A stretch of DNA of 62,467 nucleotides, the filler included, from Platydemus manokwari (Eukaryota), in the NCBI GenBank assembly GCA_037951405.1. It is 6 parts of 6 records of this genome, joined end to end, with 100 filler letters (N's around TTAATTAATTAA, not from the genome) between each part and the next. Parts side by side here need not be neighbours in the genome. Positions count along the whole stretch, not along the records: positions 31,628 to 41,717 come from JBBMOY011170989.1; positions 41,818 to 51,135 come from JBBMOY011265985.1; 4 more parts are not named here. The stretch is one strand, 5' to 3'. Positions 35,234 through 49,700 of the stretch are shown piece by piece. Every line of letters starts with the position of its first letter. Within the stretch, counting starts at the first letter, position 1. Under the pieces are notes generated by a model that was given only the letters and a program-made list of their open reading frames with translations, had not been told where the DNA came from and made no database searches. The position numbers were made by a program, and so were the translations under genes.

Positions 35234-36650
35234 CAGTCAACCCTCATTAATCAGAACTTCAATAATCCGAAAACTTCATATTCCGAAAAAAAATATTTAT
35301 TTCGTCAATTTTCGAACGTTTCCAGACAAATTTGATTCATTAATCTGAAACTTCATGATCCGCAATCGAAAACACTTTTTTGAATTAAATTTATAATAAT
35401 TTTTAAAATTTTGGATTGATGTTATTTAAATAATGTGTTTCGGCCTTGTAATTGTTTAATCATTCTTAGTCAGTCTCAAAATATTATGAACTATTGTGGA
35501 TCACTGTTGTCTTAATCAGTTTCTATGAGTCCTAGTCAAGCCCAAAGTACAATCTATAAAACCTTAACTAAACCATTTTATTCACTTCGTAATCAATACT
35601 ATGTGGAGATAGTATGATTGGCCACAATGATCCAATAATGCCTTTATTGTTATCAATCTTAAGGTCTATTATACCCTTTTATTTTACTAATCCTCAATCA
35701 ATGAATAGGATGTAATTTCACTACATATTTATTAAAATAACAAACAAATACAACTAATTAGGTAATTTTATGAATTCAATATACACTTAAATAAAAGATT
35801 AGACGCAACTTCCGGATTAAGAGACGGTTAATATCTTCAACTCTAAGAGTAAAACCAAATATATAAATATCCATATGTTTAGAAAAAGAACTTAAGTCAC
35901 AATTCATCCAAAGGCAAAAATTTGTGCAATAAAGGAATTAAAGAAGATGTCGCTGAGTTAATTGTCTCAAATTATCAGAAGAGAATCAAAACTGAACCTA
36001 GGGATTACTACGTTAACAGAAATTTTGAAAAATAAAGACAAATGGGAAAATTGTGAAAGCCCAAGCACTTACCCCAAACAATCTTCGAAAATTCATTCTC
36101 TGCTTGAGAATTCATTGATTGAATGGATATCTCGAATGGATGCGATAAATGGTTACGTGACTGATGAAATTATCATTACAAAAACTAAATGTTGATGACC
36201 TGCATTTCAGCAAAGAATGGCTCTATAGATTCAAAAAGTCGATTTAATCTGAAATTGAAAGTTCCCATGGAGAAACAAATTCAATGAATAAGGTTAATAT
36301 TTCAGCTCATAGAAAAAAATGGTTGAAAAATTGGGAGGAGTTGACCCAGAAGTTATGCTTAATATGGATAAAACTGGATTTTTTTTCAAGAATTTCCTAC
36401 AAGAGCGATTTTATCAAATGAAATAAAAGGTATAAAACAATCTAAAGTTAAAATAACCTTAGCTTTATGTTCAAATGTTAGTGTATCAGTTAACATTACA
36501 CCCTTTGTTAGTGGACATAGCAAGAAACCAAAATGTTTTACAGGATTAAATGTTGCAAGATACTGTAATTACTACGCAAATTCGAAAGTATGGATGTCCA
36601 CCCATTTGTTTAATAGTTTTCTGCTGAATCTTGCAAATATGTAATAATAG
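35234..36650 (+). mobile_element. Decayed Tigger/pogo transposon (left TIR after TA; CENP-B-like transposase remnant about 35875-36640)
   Basis: TA|CAGTCAACCCTCATTAATC-GAA start; LENSLIEWI..VTDEII..FSKEWLYRFKK..HGE; NMDKTGFFF; K.KITLALCSN; GHSKKPKCF; YYANSKVWM. Confidence 0.88.
35435..35640 (+). repeat. Copy of the roughly 220-bp dispersed repeat nested inside the Tigger element
   Basis: Aligns to the reverse complement of 1880-2095. Confidence 0.75.
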
Positions 36651-37930
36651 AAGCAATCTAGATTATATATAGAAGATTTACGAATGGATGTAAAATCATA
36701 TTAAACTGAATTATCCACCGTTCTCGAGTAATGCTAGTAAATGTTATTGTTTACTCAAGTGATAATGAAATAAAATACATCAATATTAAAATGAAATAAA
36801 CACAATGAATAAAATTAACACAAGAACTCTGATAAATTTTTATAGATTTTAATTTTCCTCAAAACACAGATTTTAGGTATGTTCAGCAATCTTAGAACCT
36901 TCAAACAAACTACCATTGGTGTCACTTAACAATTGAATATCAGGAACCTACTTGTAAAAATGAACTGTTGGAGATTTCTAATTTTCTTTATAATAATGGC
37001 TTCTTGATACTAAACAGGTTTTGATAAATTTCTGTAATCGTAAAAATTCGTGCTTCGAGTAAACAGAATGAGTTCGAAATTAATTGCAACTTGAAAGAAA
37101 TTACAATTCGTATATTAATGTTTTGTGCTATATAACTTTGTCAAGGAAATCATGCTTTTATCCAATATAACTTGTGCTGAGAAATGTGTTAAGATTTAAT
37201 TCGTAATTTGTCAGAATTTTTGTGCAAACATGTATGTACAAGTAGCTTTTAAATCTGGTTTTTGTTTAACTCTTCGTTCTGATTGGAAATAAGATCACTG
37301 GTTTTCTTGATGAGCTTATCTTTGTTTTATTTTTCTAAGAACAAAATCATTTAAATTATGTACTGAATTGCTGATTATTTATTGTTTTTTTCGATCAAAG
37401 TATTTGTCTTATTATTTGAGCTTATCTTAATTAATAATATAATTAAATTTAATAATATCAACCCTAGAAATATAATAATTTAAATATGCTTAATTGAACT
37501 TATTAAATTGAGACACATGAGCAACAAAAATTTAAATTATTAATAAAACTGCTGATGTCTGTATTTCCTGAAACGCTTTCTATTGATTTAGTTAAATATA
37601 TCCAATTAAAGAGGAAAACCTTGAACTAATTAATCAATTTAGAATTCTTTCCAGGTTTGTCAGACCTCAATAATGATTTTAAAAAAATTTAAATTGAGAC
37701 TGGGAAGTGATCCACACTCCTCAACTATGAGCAATATCAATGAAATTATTCGGCCATAAACATTATGATGTGGATATAATACTCGCAGCTGGACATATAT
37801 TCCACGACTAATTAATTGCTTTCAACATATTAATTGAGAATAATACATATTAATATGAAATAATATCAAATTAAAACATTTATTTCATATTATGAAAACT
37901 ACTCTAGATCACACAAACACGACAATTATA

Positions 37931-38628
37931 CTATTCAAATGAAAATGTACCGGCAGAATTAAATAAATAATCAACTGATTTTTCAGGAATATGCATATCA
38001 CATTTCAAACAATTAAAAGTTTTATTATTGACCTTTGAAAAATTACTACTCTTTGTAGTTTTGTGATTTTCAATTAATTCTGAGCTATCTTTTAGAAAAT
38101 GATGTGGCACACAAGTATATGGTAAAGTAGTTTTAGATGAATTATTAATAATTGTTTTATTTTCCATTTTTAACATAGGTTTCGAGAAATCACTACCAAT
38201 TTCAGTTGGATTGTCTTGAATTCCAAGCAGTGTGGAATCTTCCAGAGTAATTTGTATCAAATGATCCTTTTCCAATTCCAAAGAATTCATGCTAAAATCT
38301 GATTTCGATATTATATCTTGATAATTAAAATCATTTAAAGGTGTCAGCCATTCTTTCGGTATCGCCTTTTCAATGAAAGGAATGTGTGAACTTATAGTTG
38401 CTAATCGATTAATCCATTTGGGTAATTGCTGTCCACAAAGAATCTAAGAACGAAACAAGTGAATATTACAAATATAAATAATGTACCTCCAAAAATACTG
38501 ATGAAAAGTGATTACAATTTTTTTTTAATAAATGATATTGTTCACCTTTAAAATCATTGCCCAAAATATCAATCAATTGGCGAATATCATCATCAGTAAA
38601 GTCGGTTGACCCAATGTTTATAGTAGTT
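37931..38628 (-). CDS. DESI2: DESI2/PPPDE1 deubiquitinase/deSUMOylase, last two exons (38628-38487, 38443-37931); 5' exons not found in contig
   Basis: [43 protein letters not shown]|[26 protein letters not shown] matches the DESI2 core including the catalytic NCN motif; 43-nt GT-AG intron. Confidence 0.92.
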
Positions 38629-41600
38629 CTATTAATAATAATTAGACAGGTAAATGCATAGCAAAATTTGAATTAAACTTTATTCCATAAATAATTATTT
38701 AATATACATACAACATTTACATTTTGTTAACATTTAAACCATGGAGCACATTATTGTCCTGTTTATAATAAATTCAAATATTTTCTAAGGCATTTGAAGA
38801 TATAAATATTTATAAATCACTTGGGTATGATGAATCATAAATAATATTACAGCATAATTAACACACGGGAAACAGCAGAAGCAAGAAATCAAATATCGGA
38901 AGAACTACTCGCTACTACCACCAAATATTCGTGGCGATACCCAGTAGGACTGTGACAAATAGATAATGTAGCAAAACAGACAAAATAAATGTCATATTTA
39001 TATAAACTGAATACTAAGTCATTTAATGACACATTAAATTAATCCATAAATTAAAGAAACCCATTGAAAATACTCAATAGTTCCGGCATACAGTGCCTAA
39101 ATTAGTGATGATAAATAAATTAATGTGCCTTTTACAGACCTAGTATTCAGTTTATATACCACAAGTTTGTTGTTCTTGTGAACCAGTGTGCATTACCACA
39201 AGGAATCTCAACTCGATTTTTAATAGAAATTATTTTAGTGTGAAGTTCTAATCAATTTCAAATAAATCTTCCGACTCGGCAGATCTTGCCATGATTGGTG
39301 ATTTTTTTATTATAAAATCAATTCATAAAATATGATAGCTATCTAACTTGATTACCTGCAACGTTTATTTTCATAAACTTGATATAAATCGAAAATAAAT
39401 TATGTTATCAGAATTATATATATATATGAAATTTTCAAAATTAAATTACACAAATGGCCATTATTTATGAAATTGATGTAAATTTAGGAAGTATAGTTAC
39501 TTCTTTTTGGTGAAAGAACAAAATCGAAATACTTACATAGCACATATGTACATTGAATATTTTTAAGGAAATGCGCAGGGTTCAATCGACAGTGACAGAT
39601 ATGACGGCTTCAAATAATTATATTTATTAGTCTTCACCAAAAACGGAGAAAATTTAAATCATATTTCAGAGCTCTACGTTATTTATCCTATATATTATTT
39701 TAGTGCTCATGATTGTCAATTTAGCAGAATTCTTTAATTCCATAAATAGAAAAGCAAGCATTGACGGACCTTGTTCTGTTGATTCAAAAAATGAGATATG
39801 TGAAGATATTAATTGGTCAATCTTTACTTGGTCAATAATAAAATATTGATTTAATATTCGAATTTATAGCGATAGAAATGCAATTTAAATGCTTAAAAAA
39901 TTATCCTACGCTCAGCTAGAAGTGATGTATTCTAATAAAATTATTTAACTTAGTGAAATGTGTTAAATATATTCTTAAATATTTCTCTAAATTATGATGT
40001 ACGGATTTCTCTTTTGGTTCTGTATCTATTAATTGAATATTATAAAGATGAAAATTACCTATCAGATCTGAACATATTCATTGCTTGTGGAAACATTTGT
40101 ATATTTAATTTACTGAAATTCAATTCTAAATTTTATAATTAAACACAATATTGATATATTTGACCCGGATCTAATCTTTGAATAGGAGAGGGGTGTTAAT
40201 AATAAAGATTTCACTGTTGAAAGAATTATTTGTTTAGAATTGTTACTTACATATTTAAAGATGAGATCTCACTGCTTAGGATATTATCAAGAATGTTTTA
40301 TGAAAATAGCACAATTTGTGTCCAGTAGAATTAGAAAAATTATATTCGGGCTACTTGTTCAACTCGATTTTCTGGAGTTGTCATTCAATTACACTAAAAG
40401 AAATTGAATTAAAGAAAGAATTACTGGCGTACTTTAAGAAAGACTATTATTAATCGAATTTCCATAATCTAGCTGTGTAATATTTTTTATCCCGTACCAT
40501 TCAAAACCCATTCAATTTGTAGGTCTAAATTTATATTTTCGAATATATTTATCAAAATCGAATTATGTTATTTTCACTTTTCTGTCTCTTGTTTTATATC
40601 AAAGCAACAAAACATGCCATGAGGTGTTAGATGTATAAAATATTAGTAATTCTAATGGCTCATAATTTGGAAACAGACTAAGCTTGTTAAAATAAATAAA
40701 ACCAGATTGAAACAAAAGATTAATTACAATTGTTATCTGTTGCTTGACCAGTTTCATATTTATTAACTTTACAATATATTAATTTACAACAGATTTACAA
40801 AGCAATTTTATATAGTTGATGCACCTGCCAATTAATCTACTTTTTAAAAATGAATTTATTTTGCAAATAATTTATGGATGAAAATAATATCGATTAGCAC
40901 AATTAAAAATCCATGATCATTTAGAATTTTGAATGTTTATTAAAATTATCATTATTAACATTAATATTTATAACAATCGGTTTCATTGATCATGAAATTG
41001 TCGAATATTACAATATATATATAATCTATATGCAATCACATCTTCAATTATTAACGGTTTCATTTTACCATGAATTGATTTCCTTTACTTCATGAATATT
41101 AAAGAGTGATGATTAAGTTATCTATATTATTTTTATTTACAGGAATAATAACTCCCTTTCCATTTTCTTTGAAATTTTCTTAATCCCAAGTATCTGGCTG
41201 GTGAATATTTATATTTTTTTAAAAATTACAAGAAATAATTTGTTCTGAAGTTAAGATCCACATTTTGAATGAATGAAAATTATAATTAAACATGTTTTTT
41301 GAAACTTTTTTAGGTAATAAATTTTAAATTTCCCACAGATTTCAAGAAATCAAACGAAAACAGATGATTTATACCTATGATGATAAAAAACAATCCCTCC
41401 CACAATCAGATGTAGCTCTTAATTATGTTAGATGAAGATCAAATTGAAATCTGATGTTACTTTTATTATTTCAGTAGTTTTTAATTGCACAACTAAATCT
41501 ATCAAACATTCCATTATTAATATTATTACCAAGTATTATTATTACAATTCACTATCAAAGAAAGGTCCTTTCGGATTAATTTCAATTTTTGAAGCATTTC

Positions 41601-41717
41601 ATTGGTTTTAATGATTATATCCCATGAATATCCCATATTATACACAATTATCCAATCAGCATCTTACTAAACAACATTTCATATTAAAAATCAGATGTAG
41701 ATATTTTTCATTAAATA

Positions 41718-41817
41718 NNNNNNNNNNNNNNNNNNNNNNNNNNNNNNNNNNNNNNNNNNNNTTAATTAATTAANNNNNNNNNNNNNNNNNNNNNNNNNNN
41801 NNNNNNNNNNNNNNNNN
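41718..41817. other. Artificial contig spacer
   Basis: N44-TTAATTAATTAA-N44. Confidence 0.98.
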
Positions 41818-43875
41818 TTAAATCATTTAGAAAAATTATATGTTGTAAGATATAAGAAAATAAAATATGAGAAAATTGAAAAATTACATGATATTCACAC
41901 GACATGATTTTAAGAAATTGATTTGATTTAAAAATTACGTAACACGATTTCTTTATATAATTTAGTAATTAACTCATGCAAACATAATTGTTAGACTACT
42001 TGTCTTATCGATATCAATATTTGTCTGTTTTGACTAGTTAGATTTATCTCAAGCTTATTAACAATCGATTATCAAATATTGGTTCTTTATCCATTTTATG
42101 ATCCCTGATTTCATTACATAAAAATTTAAATAAAATAAGATTTGATTTTATTATATATTCCATGAAAATATATCATTTCCTTCGAACGAATACCATTCAA
42201 ATTAAAACGACTAAAGTTAAAATAATAAATACTAATAAAATGTTGTAAAAGATAAAAATTTTATTCAATTTCTATTGGTCATCACATTAAAATACCAGAA
42301 ATCTTTTAAATTAACAGCTTGGTTGACAGCAATAAAGGAAATCAAGTTAAATGTTTGACATTATTGTATAAGCAGCTTTTTATCTCCTGGTTTAATTAAT
42401 GATAATTCCTTTTGTATTCAGCTTTAATTTCTATTCATGTCGTATAACCCATATTTCTAATGACACAGTTTTGGAATATTCTGGAATCTATTACTTTATA
42501 TGCAAGTTGACCAGATGTATTTATTTAGATAAACTGCGGACTTGTAGATTACATAGTCCAGTAAATTCCGTTGCCCTTAACTGAAGAATAACAACACAAT
42601 TTTTTAAACTTATTTGACAAATTAATTTTTTTTGTTCCATGAAATGCGAGTTTGTCAAATTAAATTTAATCTAAGTTCCACAAGATTATTGCGCTACTTG
42701 ACAATATTTGAATGTTATAAATGCTTTGAAGTCATTTATGCGTTTTGTATTAAATTTCTATTTTGGTATTTGAATTAGTAACAATCCTATGATTTATCTG
42801 TTAGTAATTTTAAATTTCTAATTAATAGCTTCATCTTTAATGTTTCTTACGTAATTTCTTACGGTTTCGAGATATTAAAATTTGATTGTCGATTTCTAAC
42901 GTTTGCTAATATATTTGCATGTCATTTATTTAAAATTATCGATTATATATCACGTTATATGGATACTGCGTATGTACATGTTGTAATATACATTTAATAA
43001 ATAAAGCACAACCGAATTTTCAAAATTTTGTTTATGGTGTTGAAGCTATTACATCATTTAATTATTATGTAAACATAAATTGATCAATATTTTTATAATT
43101 CGTTTTTTATCATGTACTAAAATTTTTGAAATTCAATAATTTTTTTTAAACTTTAAACATATCTTGAGACAACAACAAATGAACCACCCCAATGTGTCAA
43201 ATATTGAATAAGTAATGAAATCATAATAATTTTATAATGTAACATAGCAGTGATGGACAAAATGATACATTTTTAGAGTTGTCGAAATTTGCAAATAAAT
43301 TAAATATTGATTAATGGTTTTTCGGAAATTGTCGTTGCATAATTAGTTAAATCAAAATAGTAGGAATAATTGTAATCTGAAAAACTCATTGTGACGTCGA
43401 TACTAGAAAATGATATACTACCGTAATCATAATTTTATTCAGTTTTGAAACACGTAATATTATCAAAATATTTTTAAGATGGAAACTGATGTTTAGAAAA
43501 TATAAGGAATCTGTGATCTGATTTAAACTTTATAATTGAATATTCTCATAGTTCCATTATCTGATTACAATTGTTATGTATTTTAGATATTATTATTATT
43601 AATCAATGCGTGACAAATTAATCTTGTCACAATTAATGTCTACTTCATTATGTGATTTGATCATTTCGCTGTGGTTTTTTCAGTCGAAATTTTCGTTATT
43701 GCATTGAATAATGTAAATAAAAATATTATTATTTGAATATTATTACTTTTAATTTTCGATTTAAGTTCATTTTTTAATTACGTATTTTGATTTCATCTTT
43801 TTAATTAATTAATTTTTATATTAAAATATACATTTAAAGCAAAAAGTAAAAGCATTTCAGAAATTGTAATTTTAG

Positions 43876-45090
43876 GAAGCCATGTTACACAAAAAAGCCA
43901 GACGGCAAAATACTGTTTATCTCAAAAATGGTCTTATATTTTCAACGGGATATTCTCAATCAACCACGAGAGAATATGCTCTTTGGGATGAGGTTTATGA
44001 GTATATTTTAATATTTTGTTGATATTTTCATATAGAATGATTTAACTAACCCAATTGAATTGATAGATCTCGATTCAAATAGCGGTGTTTTGTATCCAAT
44101 ATATGATGCTGATATAAATGTGATTTATGTTTGGGGAAAAGTAGAAATTTATTAGTTTAAGGCATTTTTTAAAATGAAGTTTAGGGTGATTCAAATATGA
44201 GTTTCTTTGAAGTTGTATATGATACTAAACCGAATATACAGTATTTATGCGGTTATCAAAGTGCAAAACCTCAAAACGGCGTGATTTCTATGCCAAAGTT
44301 AGGTGTCAATGTGGCCGCTAATGAACTGACACGTTTATTTAAATTCTATGCAAATGGATTTTGCGAGGTTATTCCAATTATTTGTCCAAGAAGAGAACAA
44401 GGGTTTAGTGAGGACGTTTATCCACCCACTCCTAGTCGAGAACCAGCGTTAACGGTAGACGAGTGGATAAGTGGTGTAGATGCTGATCCGATTTTGGTAA
44501 TATATCTTATTCAATTCAATTATTATATTTCTAGATTTTAGATATCTTTAGATAATGGTGAGACTTCTCCTGTATCACATTTAACTCCAAACACATCAAT
44601 TAAATGCCAGGTATGGATTTCAAAATTTTTTAAATATTATTTTTTTTAAATTATGATTATATTATAACGAATATATAAAATAATATTTATATTTTTGGAT
44701 GACTTAAATTATTTTATATTCTGCAAAATAATATTCAATTTTTTTGATATTTTTATTATATCGCAAATTTTGTAGAAATCTAAAACTCCTCAACAAAAAA
44801 TAAATGAAATTATATCTATTATCAACGAATTTACTTCGGATGAAGCAACCAATGAACACAATCTAACTGACTATCAATTACTAATCAATAAAATACAGAA
44901 TATTTTGTGTATTGAAAGCAAGACGAATCAGAATGTAATTCCTGAAAAATCAAAAAAGGCGGGAAATTCTTTGGAAGCATATGACAAGGGGCAAGAAAAG
45001 AAAGGTTTATTGAATGCTGTTGATGCGTTTGTTAAAGAAAATGCCTCAGAAAATGTTGTAGACTGTGACGAAAATGAATGGGTTGAATGA
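43876..45090 (+). CDS. Coronin, 3' five exons (43876-43992, 44036-44140, 44185-44496, 44542-44610, 44776-45090)
   Basis: STGYSQSTTREYALWD|..LDSNSGVLYPIYDAD..WGK|GDSN..PQNG..MPK.G..CEVIPIICPRR..FSEDVYPPT..EPALTVDEWISGVDADPIL|ISL; all introns GT-AG and phase 0, with the frame maintained. Confidence 0.93.
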
Positions 45091-47064
45091 AAAATGATTA
45101 AAAAATGACAATGTTGAGTTTTTGACAGCTGTATTTTCTATTTATTTATATAGCTTAATATTGCTTTTTAAAATGAATTACAATATAGATGTGATTTAAT
45201 GTTGGACAATAATCCACTGATGATTAATATTTTGATTTTTCTAGAATTTTTGGTAAATTATATAAAATAAAAATTGGGTATTCTGATGAAAACTGTGGGT
45301 TATGAACTGGTGATTAGTTTAAATATACAGAGATCTATGTTTCAACCAATATCTAGCTTCTGGCACATTAATGCGTTGTATGTATTTTAAAATAGTGATA
45401 AATAAATAATTAAACGAGATAAAAACTATAATACAATATAAAATGACAAATGCGCAATGTAAGGTTGGACAGATAAAACCTGTGGTGACCTGACGATATT
45501 GAACAGGTGCGACATAATCTATTGAAAAAAATTACGTAAATTCAATTGCCTCACAATTCAGCTTACGGACATTGATGTAAAACAAACGAAAAATCACTAA
45601 GCATTTTGTAGGAAGTTGAGTGTGATAATTAAATGAATGTCAAAAATCCGAAATAAATTCTGTGTGATCCGTAATAATGCACAATAAAGTTGTGATGTTT
45701 GATAATCCGCAATTATATGAGCGTTTCACAATGACCGTAAAATTTGTTCTATGCGATTTATCGCCAACCGATTAAATACCATCGACTAAGTGAGCAATTA
45801 AAAGAAAAAGTTGTGGTTTGGGTCTTGCTTATATTATTTGTGGGGCAGATGACTAATTTTTCATTTATAGCATTGTCATGTCCACTTGTATTTAAATTTA
45901 AAATTACTGTCTTCAACAATTACCACGGCAACATGATAAATAAAAATGGTTGAATCTGAATATTTTAGGAATTTTATTATTAACACCCACAATATATTAA
46001 TTATTATTGTAGTTATCCCTTTTTATGCTAACATTGCATCATAGAACCATTGGTTTGGATTTCTTTAAGTTTATATCAGGTTATTTCTGCTTTTTGTAGG
46101 TTTGTAATTTAAAGTAGACTATGGAAGCCTATTGATATAACAATTTAGTCATCAATCTTAAAGATTTGCTCTGCAAATGAATGAGAAAGATATTGTCCTG
46201 AATTAGTTATAATAAATTTTCTAGTAGATTATTGTTGGATTTGTGTTTTTTATTGTTAACAGAGTGACTTCTTGATAATATAATCGTTTCGCAATATATA
46301 ATCATAAGTATATTTTTTTCTTTTATTTTATATTCTCAAAAACATACTCAGGGACTATTTTTCATAAAATTTTATTTATGAAATCTACAATTAATCAGAC
46401 AAACGACACGTCAAGTTGACTCGCAGGAATTGTAATTATCGTTTTTAACCTTCAAAAATAAATTTGTAACCAAAAGTGAATCTTTTTGTCGGTTTGTTTT
46501 TTTATTAAATTATACTTCCATGTCAAATCAAAACATAATTATTGCAATTCAGATTAAACTATTATATTTTTCCTCAATATGTATTTTTTTTCTCTCGATG
46601 TGTATTTACCGTGACTCTTATGTCTATCTTGGGGATTTCGGGTAATAACATTAATACATATCGTTTTACATTAGGTAAATTTTTACCCCATTAGTAATTT
46701 GTAAGCTATTCTAAATTTAATGATTTTGCTACTCTGTTCATAGTTTTCTTTATTTTATTCTTGAAAATTTATCAACTTCAAATTCATGTTAATATTTTAT
46801 TTTAAATAATTTTTAAAACCTTAATTAATATTAACTTACCATTCCTATTAACTTTTTACTATTATTTTCATTGAAAGATAATGACGAAATTGTCTATCAA
46901 CGTAATGAGTTTCTTGTTTTGGTCTACTTTAAGTTGTGATTGTTAGATTAAGTTTTGCTTCAACATGTTAAAAGAGAGAAGAAGATAGTCGTTTCTTAAG
47001 TATTATTTTATCTAGCATCGTAGTAAAGGTATAATTATAATAATGAAGTAATTAAAATTATTAA

Positions 47065-47135
47065 CACGTTGACGGGCACTTGCGTCTATAACCGCCAATT
47101 TCGAACTTCAGTTGTTCCTACTATCCGTCAATGTG
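47065..47135. mobile_element. 71-bp piggyBac-type MITE
   Basis: TTAA|CACGTTGACGG...CCGTCAATGTG|TTAA: 11-bp TIR with one mismatch and TTAA on both sides. Confidence 0.7.
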
Positions 47136-47449
47136 TTAATAACTTATTATTTAATAATTAAATACAGGTTTGTTTTCTTTGACTGAAACTTAGTTCTAAA
47201 CATGAAAGTTTTATTAATATGTTAAGCTTAAAACTCTAGTTAGAGAAACAAATTAAATCTAATTATTTTATCTCAGACTCCCAAATACTATTTGTCTTAG
47301 ACCCACAAAATTGTATTTTGAGTCGTTCTCCACTTCATGAACCATGTCGATATTTTAATAGCATTATATGCTTAGCTCAATGTGTTATTATTTTTTGTGC
47401 CAATTATGTGTATATTTATTTAATAAACAGTTTTTCAAAGTAGTCTGAG

Positions 47450-49700
47450 ACCTTCACTGCAGGCTTATCATTTATTCCTTCTTCTTTTTGCCATCAGTTT
47501 TAGCCAAGTTTGTCTAACATCTCTTCATTTTCAGAGTATATCAACTCATCGTTCAAGATATTTTATTGGTTGTCTTTTTCGATTATGCTTCTTGGGTTAT
47601 AAGATGCCTCGCTTCGATGGAATTGCCATTGCATATGGGATACCTGAATGTTGGACTGGATACATTCATATGTGATTGTCTTCATCAAATTTTTCTTTAA
47701 TCCGAGTTTTCTCAGTGTTATGTCATTTGTCGTTGGCCAGGTTCCGAGTACCCCGACCATATAAGTGAATAATTCAACTGACCATCCTGGTCTTGCTTTT
47801 TTATTTATTTCCTGAGATCCTCGTATTTTTGCATTTTGAGATTAACAGCATTTGTCAGCAGACGTTGTTCAACCATTGGGCATTTCAAATCGATTAGAAA
47901 GATTGGGCCTCTTCGGTTATTAATTACTTGCAGGTCACCTCGCAGTCTAGAACCTGTGAATTGGTAATGTTTTTAGACATGATCATCATTTTTTGTGTAG
48001 TAATTGATAAATTAATTTAATTTGTTCATGATTTTCGTGTGTTGTAGCATAACATGGGAATGAGACAGTTTTACACGTGATAAAGACGTGTGTTTGTGAT
48101 TCTACCTCGTACAGGCACTTTCTGTATTGATGTCTCCTCGTATACTTTTTGTTCAATGTTGGCAAGATATCAGAGCGTGCTTGATTCATAAATATAAATT
48201 CTGAAGTTGTTTAGCCTCCGTTGAATATCACTTTTTCCATATGGGCGAGGCAGTAGGTATTGTTTTTGTTTATCTTCTGCAACATATTTGTTGAGATAAT
48301 TTCAGTTGATGACTTCTGATGAAGCATTGACGCAGAAGTTTTAGAAGTTCTTTGATGTTTTTATGGCTAATCAGGTCTTCTCTTGTTATTTCTCCTTCAT
48401 CTGTGGCGATATTTTGGTTGACCCAAATGCCAATTTCTCCATCAATTATTTGGAAGCTGATTGACATCTATAATTCGTTGTTGGTATATTTGATTTCCTC
48501 TCTTATATTTCCCAAATAGATTGTATTGTTTCCGTTTCCATTGGATGTGAATTCAACTAGTTTAGGGAACCCATGATTGTCGGTGGTCGGTCTGCTTTCC
48601 ATAAAACTGTGCATCTTTAGATTGTGGTTGACACGTAGGCACTGGTAATGATCTTCAATCGCAATTTGAGGAATTTTTTGATAGTAGATTCCCAAAGCTT
48701 TGATTCTATCTTTGGATTGCATGTTCCATACTTGCCAACATTTGTCTGGTTTAAATTTGATTACTACGACGACTTTAATTGAATTCTTCAACATTTTTTG
48801 AGAACTTTAAGAGTCTTTGTTGATTAATGCTGTGTCCTCCGTATAAGCCAGGACATTGATTTGTGGTTATTCAGTATAACTCCACAGCTAATTTCTTGAT
48901 CCATTTGCACTAGAAGTGGATTTATTGCACTGTTGATAGCAACATCGGTACTTGGCATCCCTGCCTGACTCCTTTTTTGATCGCAATGTTTTTGGTAATG
49001 TAATTTTCGCAGTGAAAGGCAGTGTTGCAGTTATTGTAAAGACTCCTGATTATTTTTATAGCTACCTGAGACCCATCTTGTCCATTAAACATGAACAATA
49101 TGTCTGTATTCATTGAAGGAAAAACTTCATCGATATCTAGAAAACATAAGTTCATATTGTTTTCTTTCTTGTCGTGGAATCTCTTGAGGATTGCCCTTAG
49201 AATAAAGTTGTGTTCTCCACATCCATTGGTGAGACCAAGGCTCTTTTGCAGACTATTTTCATTGATCCATTGCGTCAGTTGTTTGCATAGCAGACCAGTA
49301 AAGATTTTATAGGAGTAATCGAGCAAGGCAAATTGGTCTCCGGGATTCGACTTGATAGTATTGTCCTTTCTGCTTGTTAGAAAAATGATTTTCAAGTTCT
49401 TTCTTTTTTGGATAGCAGTCGGCGTCATCTGATCTAGTTGTTGGAGAAGATTAGTATAATTGACAGACATATATCCGTTTTAGCCCTTTCCGTTGTCAAA
49501 TATTTTTAACCAAGATATGGGTTTGTCGCTTCTTTGATTGCACATAGACTTTCGACATGATCGATGAATTTATTACACATATTATTTAGTGATGTTGTCA
49601 TGATTTGGACAGTCAGTTCGGATACTGTTGATACTCCAATTCGGGGGCTTTCAAATTATACATATGCTTTTTACTCTTGAAAAACATTTACTTGTTCTAT
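47450..49700 (-). mobile_element. Decayed non-LTR retrotransposon of the restriction-like-endonuclease group (R2/NeSL-like)
   Basis: RT motifs (YKIFTGLL, NGCGEHNFIL, LCFLDIDEVFPS, KGVRQGC, LAYTED, FKPDKC), CCHC remnant (RKCLYEVESQTHVFITC), endonuclease (RLRGDL..DLKCP) and the VGVLGTW..ND..LRKLG tail. Confidence 0.88.
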
